64,000 nucleotides of DNA from Spironucleus salmonicida. Lineage: Eukaryota. The notes below the pieces were generated by a model, which saw nothing but the letters and a program-made list of their open reading frames with translations, made no database searches and had not been told where the DNA came from. This document shows positions 9,812 to 22,238 of this stretch, one piece after another. A program made the position numbers and the translations under genes. How positions within the stretch are numbered: position 1 is the first letter of the stretch; each line of letters starts with the position of its first letter. The DNA lies in assembly GCF_000497125.1 (NCBI RefSeq), contig NC_090600.1:1261197-1325196 (forward strand), given 5' to 3'.

Positions 9812-11656
9812 ATGCTAGCCTTAATTTTATAAGATACACTATCTTGTCTATAAGAAGTTTATATTGCTACTAATGGAGATTAGTGGATTACAAATTTAAA
9901 CTGGACTACTACAACAGATTATTGTGATTTTTATGGTGTTACTTGTGAAGATAATAAAATATAAATAAAGCGTTTTGAATTGGTTATGAATAATTTGAAT
10001 GGTGTTTTACCAGATTGCTTACAAGATGTAGATATTTATGAGTATTACTTACCAGGTAATAATATTTTGGGGCCTCTTCCAAATGTATCTGATTATACAT
10101 AAAGATTGGATTTACGTATTAATAATATTTCAAGTCTTCCTAAAAATTGGTGTCATACCACTAGAAATGGAATTTATATATCATAAAATAGTAATCTTAA
10201 TGGTAAGACGGTTGACTCTTGTGTATTTAATACTTTTAGCGTTGATTTTGAAGCATTAAACATAACTTCCTCTGGTTAAGTGGAGTTCAATGGAGTTGGT
10301 TTTATTGTAAGTGGAAATCATTTAGAAAATTTAGAAGTAAATTTTACTAATATCGAAAAGTGCCAAGTTTTGAGGGCATTAAACTCCGGTGTCAAAAGTA
10401 TAAATATAATTAACCTATCAATAGCTGAAAAAATGACTGAGCTTAAAATTGGGAATACAAAAATTCAGATTACAGGGAAATACCCAGTCTGGGCTTTGTC
10501 AATCGATGTAAGTAATGCAATAGATGAAAGAGTTTTTAATTTTAAAAATTTACATAAAAATATTACAATGTATGCGGCAAAAAATAGTAAAAAATGTGGT
10601 ATGGTCCCGTCAGTTTAAGAATATGAAGCATATATTAAAACAAATAAAAATATTCTTCTTGATTTGTCTGAAAATAATTTTTTCTGCAGAAACGATGCAG
10701 AACATATATTTGACTGCTAGTTTGCAGTTATTAAAAGTGGAAAGCGCAAAAATAATTCTACTGTTGAACTTAGTTTTGAATTAGAAAACGAAGTTTCTAT
10801 AGAAATCATTTTTTCTGACATTAAAGTAGCAGCTAATATTAATGGAGAAGTTTAAGTATTTGAAATAAATACTGCAGTTTAAAATAATAACTCCTACACC
10901 CTTGAGATCAGCATCTCAGATACCGTATCATTCACCAAACTGCACGAAAATTTCGCTATTCTCTATGATAATATTCAAATATCAACCGGTGATTTAACAC
11001 TACCCCAATAAATCTCAGATGCTTTGAATATAAAGTCAGACAAAAAATTCACTGAAATTTCACATTCTTTTTGGTAGTTCAAAAAGTAGCCTAAAGCATT
11101 TACTTTTGGTATTACAGCAATGTCACACTGCCCAGATTACAGTACGTTTATCAGATACTCAGTAATACCGTTCTAGAAGCAATATCCTGAGATATTCAAG
11201 CATTTCAGCTACTAATACATTGCTATGTCCTCTCCTTATTATAACGAGTATTTGAACGCCACCTCAATGCACGGATAAGTAGAAGTCTTTGATGATTCGG
11301 TTCTTCTCTGTGCAAATTAGGTACTAGATGATTAGATTTATCTTACTTTTACAGAGTGCTTTGTAACAAATTCGTACCACATTCAGGATTGCATGGACTT
11401 AGTTTTAAGTGGATCTGAAAAGAATGAAATTCTGATGTGTACATCCGATGAGAGCTATAAGCTTATTAACGAACAGTTTGATCTCAATGATAAAATTTTA
11501 AACAGCAGAAATTGTCCTACTATGTACATTGGACTTAACGATTTTTCATAGTTTGACGTTTCCTAAAACTCTCTTCCAAAACCTTTTGAAATTAGAGATT
11601 TTATTTGTGACTTTATCAGTAAAAATGTAAAGGATAAAGTTCCAGAATGCGAATGA
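9812..11656 (+). CDS. Secreted/lumenal LRR protein with C-terminal GILT-like thioredoxin-fold domain, 614 aa
   Basis: LRRNT_2-like cap LQEVYIATNGDQW..NW...DYCDFYGVTC, NNLNGVLP; C-terminal ITAMSHCPDYSTFIRYSVIPF, SMHGQVE, CPTMYI, ICDFI...PEC. Confidence 0.78.
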
Positions 11657-11692
11657 GAATTTTTAACCATCACTATAACTAAAATTAATTAT

Positions 11693-12676
11693 TCACTTAT
11701 ATAGTTATTCAAGTAGATTTAACGTTATTTATGCATATCCCTCACCTTAATCGGATAGCAACTAAAGTGTTTCTTCAAAATTATTTGCTAATAAATAAAC
11801 ACTTAATGCTTCATTTTTACTATCTAAAAGTCTATTTATAATTTTTCCAGAAAACATTCGTTTCTGAATATTTGAACTAAGTAACCCGGACCCTAAAATT
11901 GCAAAATCCACATCAGAATCGCATTATATGCATAAAAATATACATTTTAATTCATTTTATGACAGTTTTGACCTCAGTTAAATCTTATTTATTAATAACT
12001 AACTGTTTTATTAATCCTACATTACTAATACTTCAACAACACTGTCTGATAAATATTTAGTTTTGGCTAGTTTTAACACACATTTCACAGGACTATCAAA
12101 TACGAAAAATGGAATCAGACACTCTACGAAACGACAGCTTTACTTCTAGCAATCTGCTTAGTATTTTGGGAGCATATGTGAGATGTTGTAAATTAATTTA
12201 TGCTCAATAACTCGAAAAAATAAAAGTAAAAATGAATTACCTTCGAATGTTAAAGCTAAATTTGCAGAAAAACGAGCTATTGGACCTAGAAGTTATTGAA
12301 CATTTCTATAAAATTGATTAGTTTCTTTTTAGATGCTCAAAACTTGAGAAATAAATGTAGTAATATCTGTAATAAAAGGATAAACAATATCAGGTATATC
12401 AGCTGCCACATCAGCTAGGATCTAAAACAAACATTTTAATAGATCTTCTGGCCAACTTTAAATTTTAGCCATTCCGTAATGTAAAAATGGTGAAATTTCT
12501 GCATAGGAAACAATATTCGAGGAAGTGTGATTACGCAGCTGCTTCATAAACAGCAGGCAATGAACATCAGACTCTTATTCCACAATTTGTTAAATAATAA
12601 TTTATATCGGAGATGTTTAATTTATTAAAATTACAGGAATATTTCGGGCTATACATAATCGCTGAAACGAGAGCAT
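11693..12676 (-). CDS. Hypothetical protein, 327 aa
   Basis: Uninterrupted table-6 ORF ending AAGTGA. Confidence 0.75.
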
Positions 12677-12737
12677 TAAATTTTTACCTAGTATTAAAAA
12701 TTCACTTCTATATATATTTTACTATAATAGCTTGAAA

Positions 12738-13559
12738 ATGCTAATTTTTACTCCCCAGCTTACGTAGCCCTTCATTATCCAGCTGAATAAACTCCATAAC
12801 TACCCAAAGATCATAATAAAAAACTCTAATGTCGTGTTTCAGCCATCTCCAACATAGAAAATTATCGATCTAGCACAAATCAAAACCACGCTATTTTAGG
12901 AACTCAAAAGCGCCCTTAACGCGCTCCTAACGCCATATGACGATCAGATAATCATAATTTCTGACCTCTGCGACCCCATTTTTCTGCAAATTATTCAGCT
13001 TTTCGACCTACCTTTCAATTTCACGATTTTTGCACTCCAAAAGCCCTGGATTTCGATCAGCCGCCTAGACGCACTAACACTAACCCAATCCATCGCCGCC
13101 ATCCTCCACAAAAATATCGCCCTAATTTTCACTTTTTCAACCTCTCCCGCTCCGCTTCACTTCATTTTCCAAAATTTTGAATTTTTGCAGATCTTCAGCT
13201 ACCACAAAATCTCGTCTCTGGCATTCTCGGACGTCAAAACGACCCCAGAAAACGCAGTCCGGAACGCGCTCAAACAGCTCAAAACACGTGTCTGCGACTT
13301 CAACTTGCGCGGTTTCTAGGTGCTAATCAGCAAAAAAACACCTCTAAAACTGGCAGATTTGAAGCTTTTGAGCCCAAATTTCGACGTTTTGACGTCGGAA
13401 TTTGAAAGTGGAATGGTGATTTTAACCTGCTAGAGCGATTTAGAAAAGGAGCTTTTCGAGTTTCTGAGCGAAATGGTCAAATTGAGCGTCATTGGAGGGT
13501 TTTGCAAGAGCAATTTGCTGATAGAACAGTGCTGTAAAATGCTGAAAAATTGGTTTTGA
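12738..13559 (+). CDS. Hypothetical protein, 273 aa (weak tubulin-fold resemblance)
   Basis: Table-6 ORF MLIFTPQLTQPF...KMLKNWF. Confidence 0.7.
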
Positions 13560-13578
13560 GGGAGTGGAAAATCGAAAT

Positions 13579-14331
13579 TCATTTACCTTTCAAGTATAGG
13601 ATTTATGCTTTTTTGCGTTCAATTCGGCTGAGAATATCTAGATAAGAAGCTTTTCCAGAGCGCGAGAGGAATTTTTGTGGATTTTCGTAGGCCTGCACTA
13701 GAAGTTTGATGAGGTCGTTGCTGAGCTCTTTTAGATCCTGACAGAGACTTTCTACTATGTTTTCCGCTATTATTTGGGGTCTGGTTATCGTTTGGTCTCG
13801 TTACTGTACGATTTCTTGCAGTTGGGTAGTGTTTTATTGAATTTGTTGATTTATAGTGTTTTGGTCCTCCATTTGTTTCTTAAGCTCGTAAACGGAAGCT
13901 TCTAGGTCCTAATACGAAGTTTGTAGTCTTTAAACCTCGATTCTGGCCTATTCAGCTGCTTTCGCTTCTGCGCGTAACGTGCTTTACTGTTTTTATATTC
14001 TAATTTGGCCTTCTGTATCGATAGAGTGAATTTCTTCTTCGATTTTTTGATTTTTTCTTCTCATGAACTTAATTTCGTCTTCAAAAGCGTCAGTTTGTTT
14101 TACAATTAGTTATAATGCTGTTTATAACTAGGATTTATCGTTTTATGATAGTTCATTCGCCTAACGTTCTAACGCACCGTTGGCCATTGTGAGTTTTGTT
14201 AATCTTTTTTCGTATTTATCACATTATTGGTAATTTTTCTAAGTTTAGTCTTCAACTTTGGTAATATCTTGTTCTAACTTCCTTATTTAGGCAAGCAAAC
14301 GGTTTACTTCGTCATGTTCGTTTAGTGTCAT
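13579..14331 (-). CDS. Coiled-coil protein, 250 aa
   Basis: MTLNEHDEVNRLLAQIRKLEQDITKVED...; heptad, E/K/Q-rich. Confidence 0.75.
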
Positions 14332-14388
14332 AATGAAATTTTATAGTTTTAGAGTTATACATAGGGTAATATAATAATTAAATATATT

Positions 14389-14395
14389 CCACTCC
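14389..14395 (+). promoter_or_regulatory. C-rich CCACTCC motif upstream of ATG 14403
   Basis: 7 nt before the ATG in a short divergent intergenic region. Confidence 0.55.
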
Positions 14396-14402
14396 ATTTT
14401 TA

Positions 14403-15362
14403 ATGACCCTAATTGATGAACTTCAGAAAACAGGCCAATATAATCTATCATTTATTTTATAGGAAATATGCCCGACATAAATTTAAACATAGATACCAGA
14501 CCCACAAAATCTTCCGTTACTCAATATTCCGCGTTTGTCAAATTCTCCACAAATTTAAGCAAACAAAGCACCTATAATCATATCATAACGTTTTGAAATA
14601 CCACCTTTTGCCAGTTTTGACGATATATTCACATATAACTCGAATATTCTAGTCCTCATAAACTCCCAAACAGCTAATCCGGTACTCGTTATATTTTCAC
14701 AAAATATTCCTTATCCACTACCATTAAAAATGTAATTCATCCTTTCTAGTTAAATTAAGAACTCTGATATGATATTCCATTCCAATTAAGGAGTTCTCAC
14801 ATTATCTTTAAAATCGCTTGTACAACGTTAGTTCGACTTCAACAATTCACAAACTGCCTCCTTTTCAAATGCTAACGATATATTGATTTTTGGACCAACA
14901 ATTTTATCTATCCGTTAAGGTGTAAAGTAAGGCTTCGCTCAGTAAGTTTTATCTGCAAAACCGTTTGGAAGTGGCTGTATTTGCACCGTAGGAAATCAGT
15001 TAATTTACATGGTCGAGTCTAATATGATCATAAATCTTCCATTCACTGGAAGTAATCTAAGTGTAAATGGTCAGTTTGTAGCTATTTAAGGAGATGGTGT
15101 TTTCTGTATTTATAAAGAAAATAACAATATAATTGAAATGGAAAATTAATGTCGAATTGAAATTGAGGTTAGAAAGTTCAATGTCGATTCCGAGGGGAAA
15201 GTATGGTTTTTGGGTTAAAACGGGTAGTTTGGGGTAATTCACCAGGGGAAAGTAATCGCTGTGTAGGAGGGTGTGCATGATTTCTGTCTTAACGAGGAGG
15301 AAATTGTTTTCAGTGTAATTGGCTAGAAAGGAGTTGAAATTTAACGAGGTTACATAGAGTGA
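14403..15362 (+). CDS. Hypothetical protein, 319 aa, beta-rich (possible propeller)
   Basis: Uninterrupted table-6 ORF ending GAGTGA; overlapping minus-strand frames are interrupted. Confidence 0.78.
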
Positions 15363-15395
15363 GGATGGAGTTACTTATATATTGTTAGTTTTAGC

Positions 15396-15418
15396 ATATA
15401 TATATATATATATATATA
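15396..15418. repeat. (AT)n microsatellite
   Basis: Direct reading. Confidence 0.85.
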
Positions 15419-16971
15419 AAAGTATAATCTCATCGAATTAAATACATAATATTTAAAATACCATAAGTTATATTAAAATTTATATTTCCTATTGTATACT
15501 TATATAAGATATAAATATTATTTTATAAATATAATAGCATAATGTGCATATAAATATCATAAATTTACAATAAGGACAATACTATTAAAATATTTCATAT
15601 AAAAATAATAGAAGAAGTATTTGCTAAACATAAATATATAATTGAGTTTTATTTAAATGAATTAAAATATTATTATTACTCAATGAATTTCAATATTAGT
15701 TTAATAATCTAATAGTAGAAATAAAATATAGTGAAGTCAAAATAGAAATCAAATTAGTATAATTCTATAATAATAGATAATATTTATATTTGTTAATTTA
15801 ATTTAAAATGTATAAAATGAAATATAAAAGTAAACAAATGGTTCTAAGCTTAGGTAGGTCGTCTTTGTATACTGAAGGCTTTGTGTTGCCTATTCCTGTT
15901 ATTTTCAAACCTCCATTATCTTTAAAATCTAATGATTAATGTTTATGTGACTTTATAAATAAAAATGATAAATTATTTTTTAAAAATTAATCTAAAAATA
16001 TATGTGATGATTCATTCTTTTTATCTGAGAGTGAATTAGAAAAATAATGAAGCATATAAGTATCAGTAATAGCTATGATAGTTGCGAGTAAATGATAAAA
16101 ATAAAACAATAACTAAGTTTAATTATATTTCCAAATTTATTTTATCATAATAATTATGTAAATTAATTGAGAATTTTATACCATAACAAGCATCATTTGA
16201 AGTATAACATAACAGTAATATTCCGAATTATATCTATAATTTCTTAATAAATAGAATTTGCATAACTTTACCTAAGTCAGTAAGAACATAACTCTATTTT
16301 TTAATGATTATTACCAATATGATATTGACCTGATTGATATCAACATAAAGGTATATAGTAGTCTGATATACATAATTATGATTAATTTCTTAATATTGAT
16401 TAACAAACACTGTTTTTTTTCATTCATATTAAAAATTCATTTATATTTTTTACTAATTTTCATATTGAACAATGTTTAATAAGAAATAATGAATGTATTA
16501 TTTATATTATTAATTCTATAATCACTGTTATTAGTGTTAGATATATGTTATAAATTTATATGAACTTCTCATACTTTAAGAAAATATTAATCTCTAAAAT
16601 TAAACCTATATTTTAAAATTATAAGTATGAGTATTTCCCAACAATATATCTCCATAAAAGACTAAAATAAAATTTACGAAGAGATTTTATTAAATATTTA
16701 TTTAATTTTTAAAATCATATCATAAATAAGCACGGTTTAGTAATATTTATAGTAGATGTTAATTTTTATATATATTATATAAATTATTTACTTAAATACC
16801 TATATATATTTTCCAATCTTAAAAATACTAACTAGAAAAATTAAGTAGATGTGTAAAATTAAACAGTTTAAAAACATTAACAAATTTATATATAATAATT
16901 AAGAGAATACTATAAAATATTCTAAAAAACATATTAATATTTATAATATATGTATATGCTGGAAACATAAA

Positions 16972-18126
16972 ATGAAAGAAAGTAATATTGGAAAATTGCT
17001 TATCACAGCGATTAAGAACAATAAAATCAAGCAAAATTCTAAGTAAATTATTCAGGAAATGTAAATATTTCTTAAAAATATAAAAAATACTAACAAATCA
17101 ATAGCATCTAATTATAAATATTTTCCTTAATATTTCAATGATATGAAGCATATGAGTTCTGAGTGTATTTTATTTACAAAGAAAGAAATAACTATTTCTT
17201 AATATTAGTTATAAGAGCTTCTCACGGCATATAACTTTTGTGATATGCTATATGGTGTTACTAATCCAACAAATAAAGATAAACGATAAATAAACCCTCT
17301 TAAGATGTCACTTATTGAAGATAATCAATTTTAAAAGTTCATAATATCTAATTTGCAGCCATTTAATGTACATCAGTTAATTAAACATAATTTTCATTAG
17401 TCAGACTTCTATAGCCCTGTTTTTATATGTTTTACAATGCTTAATAAGATTTATATTATAATAAGAGGTACATTTTCATTAAAAGATGTATTTGCTGATA
17501 TGTTTGCCACAATAGAAGAAATCAATGGATATAATTTGCATAAAGGATTTGGTTTATCAGCTTTATTTCTTTACAATAATCTTATAAATATAGTTAAAAA
17601 TTAAGATGTCGTAATAATAGGTCATAGTTATGGAGCTGCAATAGCAGCAATTTTATCAATTTTCATAAAAAATGATGTTAAATCTTTGTCTACTATAGGA
17701 TTTGGTTGTCCACCTTGTTTACCAATTAATTTGATAGACTAATTATCTATGACTACAGTGTTATATGAAAATGATCCAGTACCATTTATGTCAGTTAGAT
17801 GCTTAGAAGGATTAGATAAAAGGCTATGTTCAGTGGCATAAAAACAAAAGTTTACTAAATAAGAAAGAGAAACCAAACCAGAAGACATGTTAATACCTGG
17901 TACAATTTATCATGCTTTTAAAATTAGTGGTGAAATTCAGTGGTTTTAAACTAGAACTTAAGAGTATTCAGAATTAATTTTAAAGGGAATTATTAAAAAT
18001 TGGAAAAATCATCTTGATTATTTTGATGTTTTAAGAGTAGTAGCTTAAGAAGGTAGTAAGCTTTTAGATTGCCAATCAGAAATTGATGATGAGGACAGTA
18101 TTATTTAAAATATTTTAGAGTTATGA
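16972..18126 (+). CDS. Lipase class 3 family protein
   Basis: IYIIIRGTFSLKDVFAD, LHKGF, IIGHSYGAAIA (GxSxG), GFGCPP, ENDPVP; frame is also open from ATG 16756, so the start is uncertain. Confidence 0.88.
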
Positions 18127-18226
18127 GTTATTTAATAATATATATTATTTTATATACCAGATTTGTCAAATTTTTGATCTTTGTATATATGGTTATTTAA
18201 TATGGTCTGCATTCCTCTATTTTAAA

Positions 18227-18640
18227 ATGGAAGCTGATCGGCTTGAATAGTCTGGTAAGTATTTACTTTCAATGGTTACATTTTTATTATGCTATGGCTA
18301 CCTTTCATCTCCAAATCTTTATTCTTTCTTCTATGGTATCTTTACGATCATATTTATTTCAAAGACTAATATTTTCATTCATATTTTAATAATTATGGGA
18401 GCAGTAGGTGTTCCAATATCTTTTTATTTTTTAGAAGACGACTATGTAATGCTTAACATGCTCACATATTTCCCATATCCTCAAGAAAAATATATCTATT
18501 AAATCCTCGCATCGGTCGTTCTTACTTGGTCATTGTTTATTTTCTTCTATGTTCTCTACTTTTAGAGCCAGAAAAACAGCGATACTGTACAAGGTCTGGG
18601 AACTGTATTCAGAGAACTAAGAAACTAGCAGCTTCAGTGA
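18227..18640 (+). CDS. Small multi-pass membrane protein, 137 aa
   Basis: Several hydrophobic segments; CATTCC upstream; ends CAGTGA. Confidence 0.7.
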
Positions 18641-18653
18641 TAAATTCTATCAA

Positions 18654-19301
18654 TCAGCATTACCAAGTAAAGCCTATTGTACAAAATGCCTTCGTACTCC
18701 AGAAGAACACGCTTATAATGAGCACGATTATGCACACCCAAAAGGGGGCCTTGTTTTTCTTCAAATATGTGCTGAACTAATTAACACGGCTAGTGGCAGC
18801 CCCAACTTTGTCCCTTGCCATATCTACATCCCCATGGAGCTCATTCATGACTTCATCACCCTCTACTAGTTTTTCGTTTATAAGTTTATTTTAAGCACCT
18901 AATAATTTTGCCTTTCCGATCAAATGTTCGACATTCTGTTCATTCTACTACTTCAGAGCCTGTGCCTGCTCGTAGCCACCGAAGGTTTGCTCTGGGTTGA
19001 CCTCAAGTTCCTTCAATGACGAGTTCTAATATGTTTTGTAAGAGTCGTTTAGTTGCGTTGATCTTGAGCTCAAATAACGCATTTATTCGTCTAATTGCTT
19101 TGCATCTGCTGGTGATTAACTCATTATTTTCTTAAATTCAATCTAGATGGTTTTGAACTACTAGTTCGCATTATTAACATCTGTGTGAATAGAGGTCTAG
19201 TCGCTCTAGTTAGATTAGTTTTATTGTATTCTCTGTAACTTTGTTATTGTATCATTAATTTTTCTGCGGAGCTGTTCAAAGCTGTTCTTATATTGGTCCA
19301 T
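18654..19301 (-). CDS. Tail-anchored Q-SNARE (Qb/Qc-like), 215 aa
   Basis: Helical N-terminus, SNARE-like coil (...LINEKLVEGDEVMNELHGDVDMARDKVGAATSRV), C-terminal TM FWVCIIVLIISVFFW. Confidence 0.78.
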
Positions 19302-19421
19302 TGATTTATTTTTAAATTTATATATAAATAATATTATAACTAGTATTTAACTTTTTATTTTAATAATAGTAATTTATTATTATACAAGTTAGGTGCTAAT
19401 TTTTGGTTCACTCCATAATTT

Positions 19422-20570
19422 ATGGAGGACATTTAGCAGCTCTATAAAAATTAGCTAACGTAAGTGAACCAATTATATCAAAACAGGTTAGAGGACATAA
19501 TTACAACAATGAAAAATGCAGCTTTGTAATCAGATTCGCTTCCAGCCGCACAGCAAGCAGAAGCAATAAAATAAGCCCTCTTTAATGAGAGAGAATCAGC
19601 TATTTAACGATTTATGTCAGAAAATGCTTCCCTAAAAGCAGAATTTTATAAAGAACAACAAGATAGAACCCGTTTCTAATAACTCTACACTGAGCGTGAG
19701 AAAAAGTACTAAAAACTCAAAAAAGCTTTCAATGATCAAAAAAATACTCTAGAAAAACATCAAAGTGCCCCAGTTCCACATAACATTGAAAAATATAAAG
19801 AAAAATATCTGCAGATTAAACAGGAAAATGACGAACTTCGTAACAAGCTCTCTAGTTAAAAATCATATGCATTTGGTTAGTAATATTCCGAGTTGGAGCT
19901 TTAAAATTAAATTAAGTCTGCTGCCGAAAAACTTTCATCTGAACACAATTTGAAAGTTCAGCAACTCTAAAATGAATCTTAAATGCGGCTCAATTAAGCT
20001 CTTTTTGAGGGTGATTAGAAGATTTAGAAATACAAAATTTCAGCTGAGAAAAAAATTTCACTGCTCTAGACAGAGCTTTTAAACATCAAGCAAACGTCTT
20101 CTCAACATAAATAGCTTGTTTCTGATGACCTCAAAACAACAGAATTTTTAGAATAAAATAATGCAAAATTAGCTCATTTACTAGATCAAGAAAGAAACGA
20201 AAAAGCAAATTTGATTTCTAATTTAAAAGAGCTTGAAACATTGAATTCTACTTTAACTAAAAAACACGAAGTTTCTGCTTCTAAAACAGCTAGTTTGACG
20301 CATAAATATGCCACGATGCAAAACGAGCTTTCCCGTATTAAAGATGCACTGGAATCCATTTCTGCCTTTTGCTCGTAAAAGTTTGTTCTTTCGACATCAG
20401 AAACTGCTTCACTTCTTGCTAAACTATTCAAGTTTTTGGATTATAATTCGCTTAAAAATCAAGTTTCTGCGAATTTAGAAAATTATGTTAAAACGCGTGA
20501 AAATGAGTTAAGAAAATAATTTTTGGATGTGATCAGTGATGTTTAGGGGGCTGTTGGAGAGTTAAAATGA
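19422..20570 (+). CDS. Coiled-coil protein, 382 aa
   Basis: Table-6 ORF MEDIQQLYKNQL...; CACTCC upstream. Confidence 0.75.
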
Positions 20571-20685
20571 AATTTTAAAGTTGAATTGGAGTGAATTTGG
20601 TGTTATATCAGTATACAATATTTTAAAAATTAATAAACATTATATCACTTTTTGTCTTAGTACTAAATTAGAATTTAATTTATTA

Positions 20686-21288
20686 TCAAATCATCAAATA
20701 AAAATCTGGATCTAACTACCCATTTTCACACTAGCAATCAATGGCGTATATGCCATTATTTAGTAAGTAATGGATAGTATTTTTGTCTAAATTGTTCATT
20801 TCGAGCTCCGCTTGTTTGAAGTGTGTTTTACCTAGTTTCTGGGCGATCTAGACGGCCTAGGAGGCTCCTGGGTTTGTCTCACGAGATAGCAATTTAGTGT
20901 CGTTAATCGCTAAAATTTGCAGGTTTCCGAAGCATTTTAGCGCTTCGACAGCCTTTTCAACGTCTTCTGCTGTCGAGTTGAGGCGCTTGGCCGCTGCTGT
21001 AATTGGTTCCATTTCAATGAAGGACGTGAGGAGGCGGGTTGCGAGTTTATAATAAAAATTTGCCAGCTTCTCGACTCCCTCAGGATTTTGCAGCGGGTCC
21101 ACCCCAAGAGAAGTGCAGAGGGAGAAAAACTGATTTCTGAACTGTGGTGAATTTTCGATTTCCTTATAGTTTTGGTTGAGGTACTACTACATTTTCTCCT
21201 TAATTTAATAATATATGGTTTAAAGCTATTATGTTAGATCTTTGAGGTCTTACTAATTCTGTTCGCGTTCTTCTTCGAATATTGACAT
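20686..21288 (-). CDS. VPS22: ESCRT-II subunit Vps22/SNF8 (EAP30 family), 200 aa
   Basis: KEIENSPQFRNQFFSLCTSLGVDPL...NFYYKLA...EDVEKAVEALKCFG. Confidence 0.82.
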
Positions 21289-21345
21289 TTTTAAAATATA
21301 ATAAATAAGTATTATATAAATATATAATTTCGTTCCCGTATTATA

Positions 21346-22236
21346 ATGATAAAATCTTTACGCGTTTTGCCTATCAAATCTAGTATCCTATCATTATAGT
21401 TAGATATTTAAAGAGTATATACAGCTATTAAATAAAATATATCAGATGATAAACGAGCATAACTTGTCAATAACTTGAAAATATCTCAACAGCATAGATA
21501 TATTTCTTACGATTATTTTGATTAAACAACATAACTTTTATCTCAGCCTGATAATATAAAAATAGTTTCTGTTAATGATAACACTCCCATTCATGCAAAT
21601 AATTCACTGCCAATTTTTCCTCTTCATTATGCTTTAACTGAGGATTTCAGATTTAGACGAACTAAAACAGGTCCATATTTTATTCTTTAAAGCACTTCTA
21701 TATTGTCTTTGAAATTTTTAGCAAAATTTATAGACGCTAATATTGCAGATTTAATACCCTAAATAGGTGTAAATTTCACAGAAAATAACAAAATTCAGGT
21801 CGACAAAATTCTTTAGCTTGATAAATGTTTAGCAGCTAAAATACTAGTTAAAGAAGTTAAAAATATGTATATCTAAAAAGATGCAGCAGTGACGCCTGAA
21901 AAATAACTTGAAGTTGAAATTGAGTCAAAATTTAGAGAAAAAATCGGCGGAGACACGTTTTTCGAAAAATTCTGTGGTCGCGGATACGAGATTTTCAGCT
22001 AAAAATGTTGTAAATTTCAACCTCATGCCAGGTCTTTCAATGGTCTCTTATGTATATGCCCAGGATGCATCTGCGTGGAGAATAGGCCTATGCTTAACGG
22101 TAAAACAATTTTGCGAGATTATCGGAACGGAAACGTTATTTCGGGAAAAGTTTATTATAGACAAAATAAAGGTTTTTACTAAGATTAAAGTCCTGCGAAA
22201 GACGGGGATCTACTTGTTATCAACGCTTATTAGTGA
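21346..22236 (+). CDS. Hypothetical protein, 296 aa
   Basis: Table-6 ORF ending TAGTGA. Confidence 0.72.
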
Positions 22237-22238
22237 TA

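Noticed and set aside
14423-15464. Frameshifted or TGA-readthrough minus-strand gene (includes supplied ORF 15057-15278)
   Set aside because: The plus strand has a clean ORF with upstream CCACTCC and terminal AGTGA; the minus frames are shadows
15420-16750. Genes or elements in a long, very AT-rich stretch
   Set aside because: Only short low-complexity frames, as expected with a single stop codon; possibly decayed gene relics but unsupported. The same applies to 26650-27200, 43350-43830 and 53930-54800
17089-17104. ACTAACAAATCAATAG branch-point-like motif in the lipase
   Set aside because: No upstream donor, and the reading frame is continuous without splicing
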